A model generated the notes under the pieces. It was not told where the DNA came from, did not search any database, and saw only the letters and a list, made by a program, of their open reading frames with translations. Positions 62,747 to 64,000 of a stretch of 64,000 bases of DNA are shown here, piece by piece. The DNA lies in contig CAWAOD010000004.1 of assembly GCA_963783575.1 (NCBI GenBank), positions 1 to 64,000 of the forward strand, in the 5' to 3' direction. Numbering within the stretch: position 1 is the first letter of the stretch; every line of letters begins with the position of its first letter. The position numbers were made by a program, and so were the translations under genes. The stretch comes from an uncultured Spirochaetota bacterium. GTDB taxonomy: Bacteria > Spirochaetota > Brevinematia > Brevinematales > JAOACQ01.

Positions 62747-63172
62747 TTATTTCCAAATCGCTAAAATTCCGCCATATAATGCATAGGTAATGAGGTATAA
62801 TACATTATTAATGACCAATACTACTGATTTTCGTCCTTCAAACCGTGTGTTCAAGCTATGGGTTAATGCAAAAGTAAACCAGGCAACCAATCCAACCAAT
62901 GCTCCTGTCATGAAATCATTCACTTTTAAGCTGTGGATAAAAACTTGCAATCCATAGGACAAAATGAATGTGGCTAATAGACCCCCAGCCATCAATAAAG
63001 GCATAGCCTTTTTATCCTCTTCACTCATTTCTTTCTTGTTTGGGTCCATTCCAACTCCCAATTGCCATGCTTTAAACCATGGAACCATGGGTGAATAATA
63101 GAGCCAACTCAGGACAAAATTAGCTAAACCAATAACAATTAAGGGCAAAACTGAAACAGTAAAATCTAACAT
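62747..63172 (-). CDS. DUF1761-like membrane protein
   Basis: LSWLYYSP..FKAW; four TM helices; FEGR. Confidence 0.75.
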   Translation of the reverse strand: MLDFTVSVLPLIVIGLANFVLSWLYYSPMVPWFKAWQLGVGMDPNKKEMSEEDKKAMPLLMAGGLLATFILSYGLQVFIHSLKVNDFMTGALVGLVAWFTFALTHSLNTRFEGRKSVVLVINNVLYLITYALYGGILAIWK

Positions 63173-63893
63173 AATACTCCTCCTGTAAATATTATAATCC
63201 GAAGCAAAGTTGTGTAATTTTTTTCAACATCTATTTCTCTTGATTTTCATTAACTCTAAATTTAACAATCCTTTTAATTAATGCTATTGGCAGCGGTTGA
63301 TCATAAGGAAATTGGACGGTTCCACGCCCGCTTTGTTTGTATTCCTTTAATTCATTTAGGACTTTTGATACTGTCGCTTACCCAGCTTATATTAAAAATT
63401 TAGTGATGGCATCATTTTTTGTCAAGGTACTTTTGAAAATATATTATTTGTGAATTCCTTATGAAATATTTCCACTGGATGTCTTGTTTAGCCTATTTTA
63501 AAATCAATCAGGCTACATCCAAAAACTGCTTTAAATATAATTTTAAAAAACATTTTTTGAAATAACTGAACTCTTTTTCCATCTTACGAGAGCTTCTAAG
63601 AACCCCTGGCCCATATAAACCAAGATTGTAAATAGTTGAAAAATAAACAGGCAGGGGTACGATCAAAAGGAACAGAAGTCTGATGACTTGACGGTTAAGA
63701 ACCATTTTGTAAACGGACATCTATAAAACTGATAGTTAAACAAAATTACCCGGAACAGCCGGCCAATAACCACAAAGAATCGATGATCTCAAATTATTAT
63801 TAACTGTAAAAGAACAGTTTTAATCAATATTGAAACCAAGTAGCCATGGGCACAAGGACTGTGCCATGATATCCGCCCAATTTGTCTCAACTA

Positions 63894-63969
63894 GCCGAAC
63901 GAAAGTTCGGCAGCAACACGATGTTGCACAGCGTAATGATTGCGCAAATGGCCACCGCCCCTCGGGCGG
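63894..63969. repeat. Multi-hairpin repeat, third copy
   Basis: Same three-hairpin order as 27839-27894. Confidence 0.6.
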
Positions 63970-64000
63970 AATTTTCGATATTCTTCCAATATAAAAATGA

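Noticed and set aside
63508..63870. Short ORF or membrane-gene remnant
   Set aside because: Multiple stops and no recognisable family.
1..64000. Integron integrase, reverse transcriptase or cas genes
   Set aside because: No ORF with tyrosine-recombinase RHRY, RT YxDD or Cas motifs was recognised in the track.
1..64000. tRNA or rRNA genes
   Set aside because: No cloverleaf with T-loop/CCA and no rRNA signature was seen.

Overview
AT-rich bacterial chromosome segment, probably from a spirochaete (inferred from the FliY N-terminus MSDGTLSQDEIDALL and spirochaete-style lipoprotein leaders). Housekeeping islands: fliM-fliY; holB-like, recJ, pyrB; tkt, double-domain ppk2, ybhB, a diguanylate cyclase; aspC-accB; alpha-2-macroglobulin, pbpC, spoIID; ppdK. 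The main structure that the ORF track does not explain is two minus-strand integron-like cassette arrays (about 2.6-7.2 kb and 15.0-27.3 kb). Cassettes are bounded by GTT/AAC core sites, and several stop codons overlap the RYYYAAC site. Both arrays share a conserved leader (consensus sigma70 promoter plus an attI-like site), yet no integrase gene is present in the window. Unusual points: (1) about 250-bp multi-branched attC-like spacers; (2) 17-21 bp inverted repeats at the cassette ends; (3) CAnGGAyG hairpins 30-50 bp inside many cassette ends; (4) an IS1182 end found twice exactly at the GTT core. Cargo includes a DUF262+HEPN defence-like pair, a TA module, and VOC and RibD-C genes. Other notable items: an FGE/CLec lipoprotein whose C-terminus looks like a DGR variable region (no TR or RT in the window), a RecJ with an inserted DEDDh domain, a polytopic-anchored alpha-2-macroglobulin, five large IS elements, three MITE copies, and many single-base frameshifts that may be assembly errors. 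All calls were made by eye; no database searches were run.
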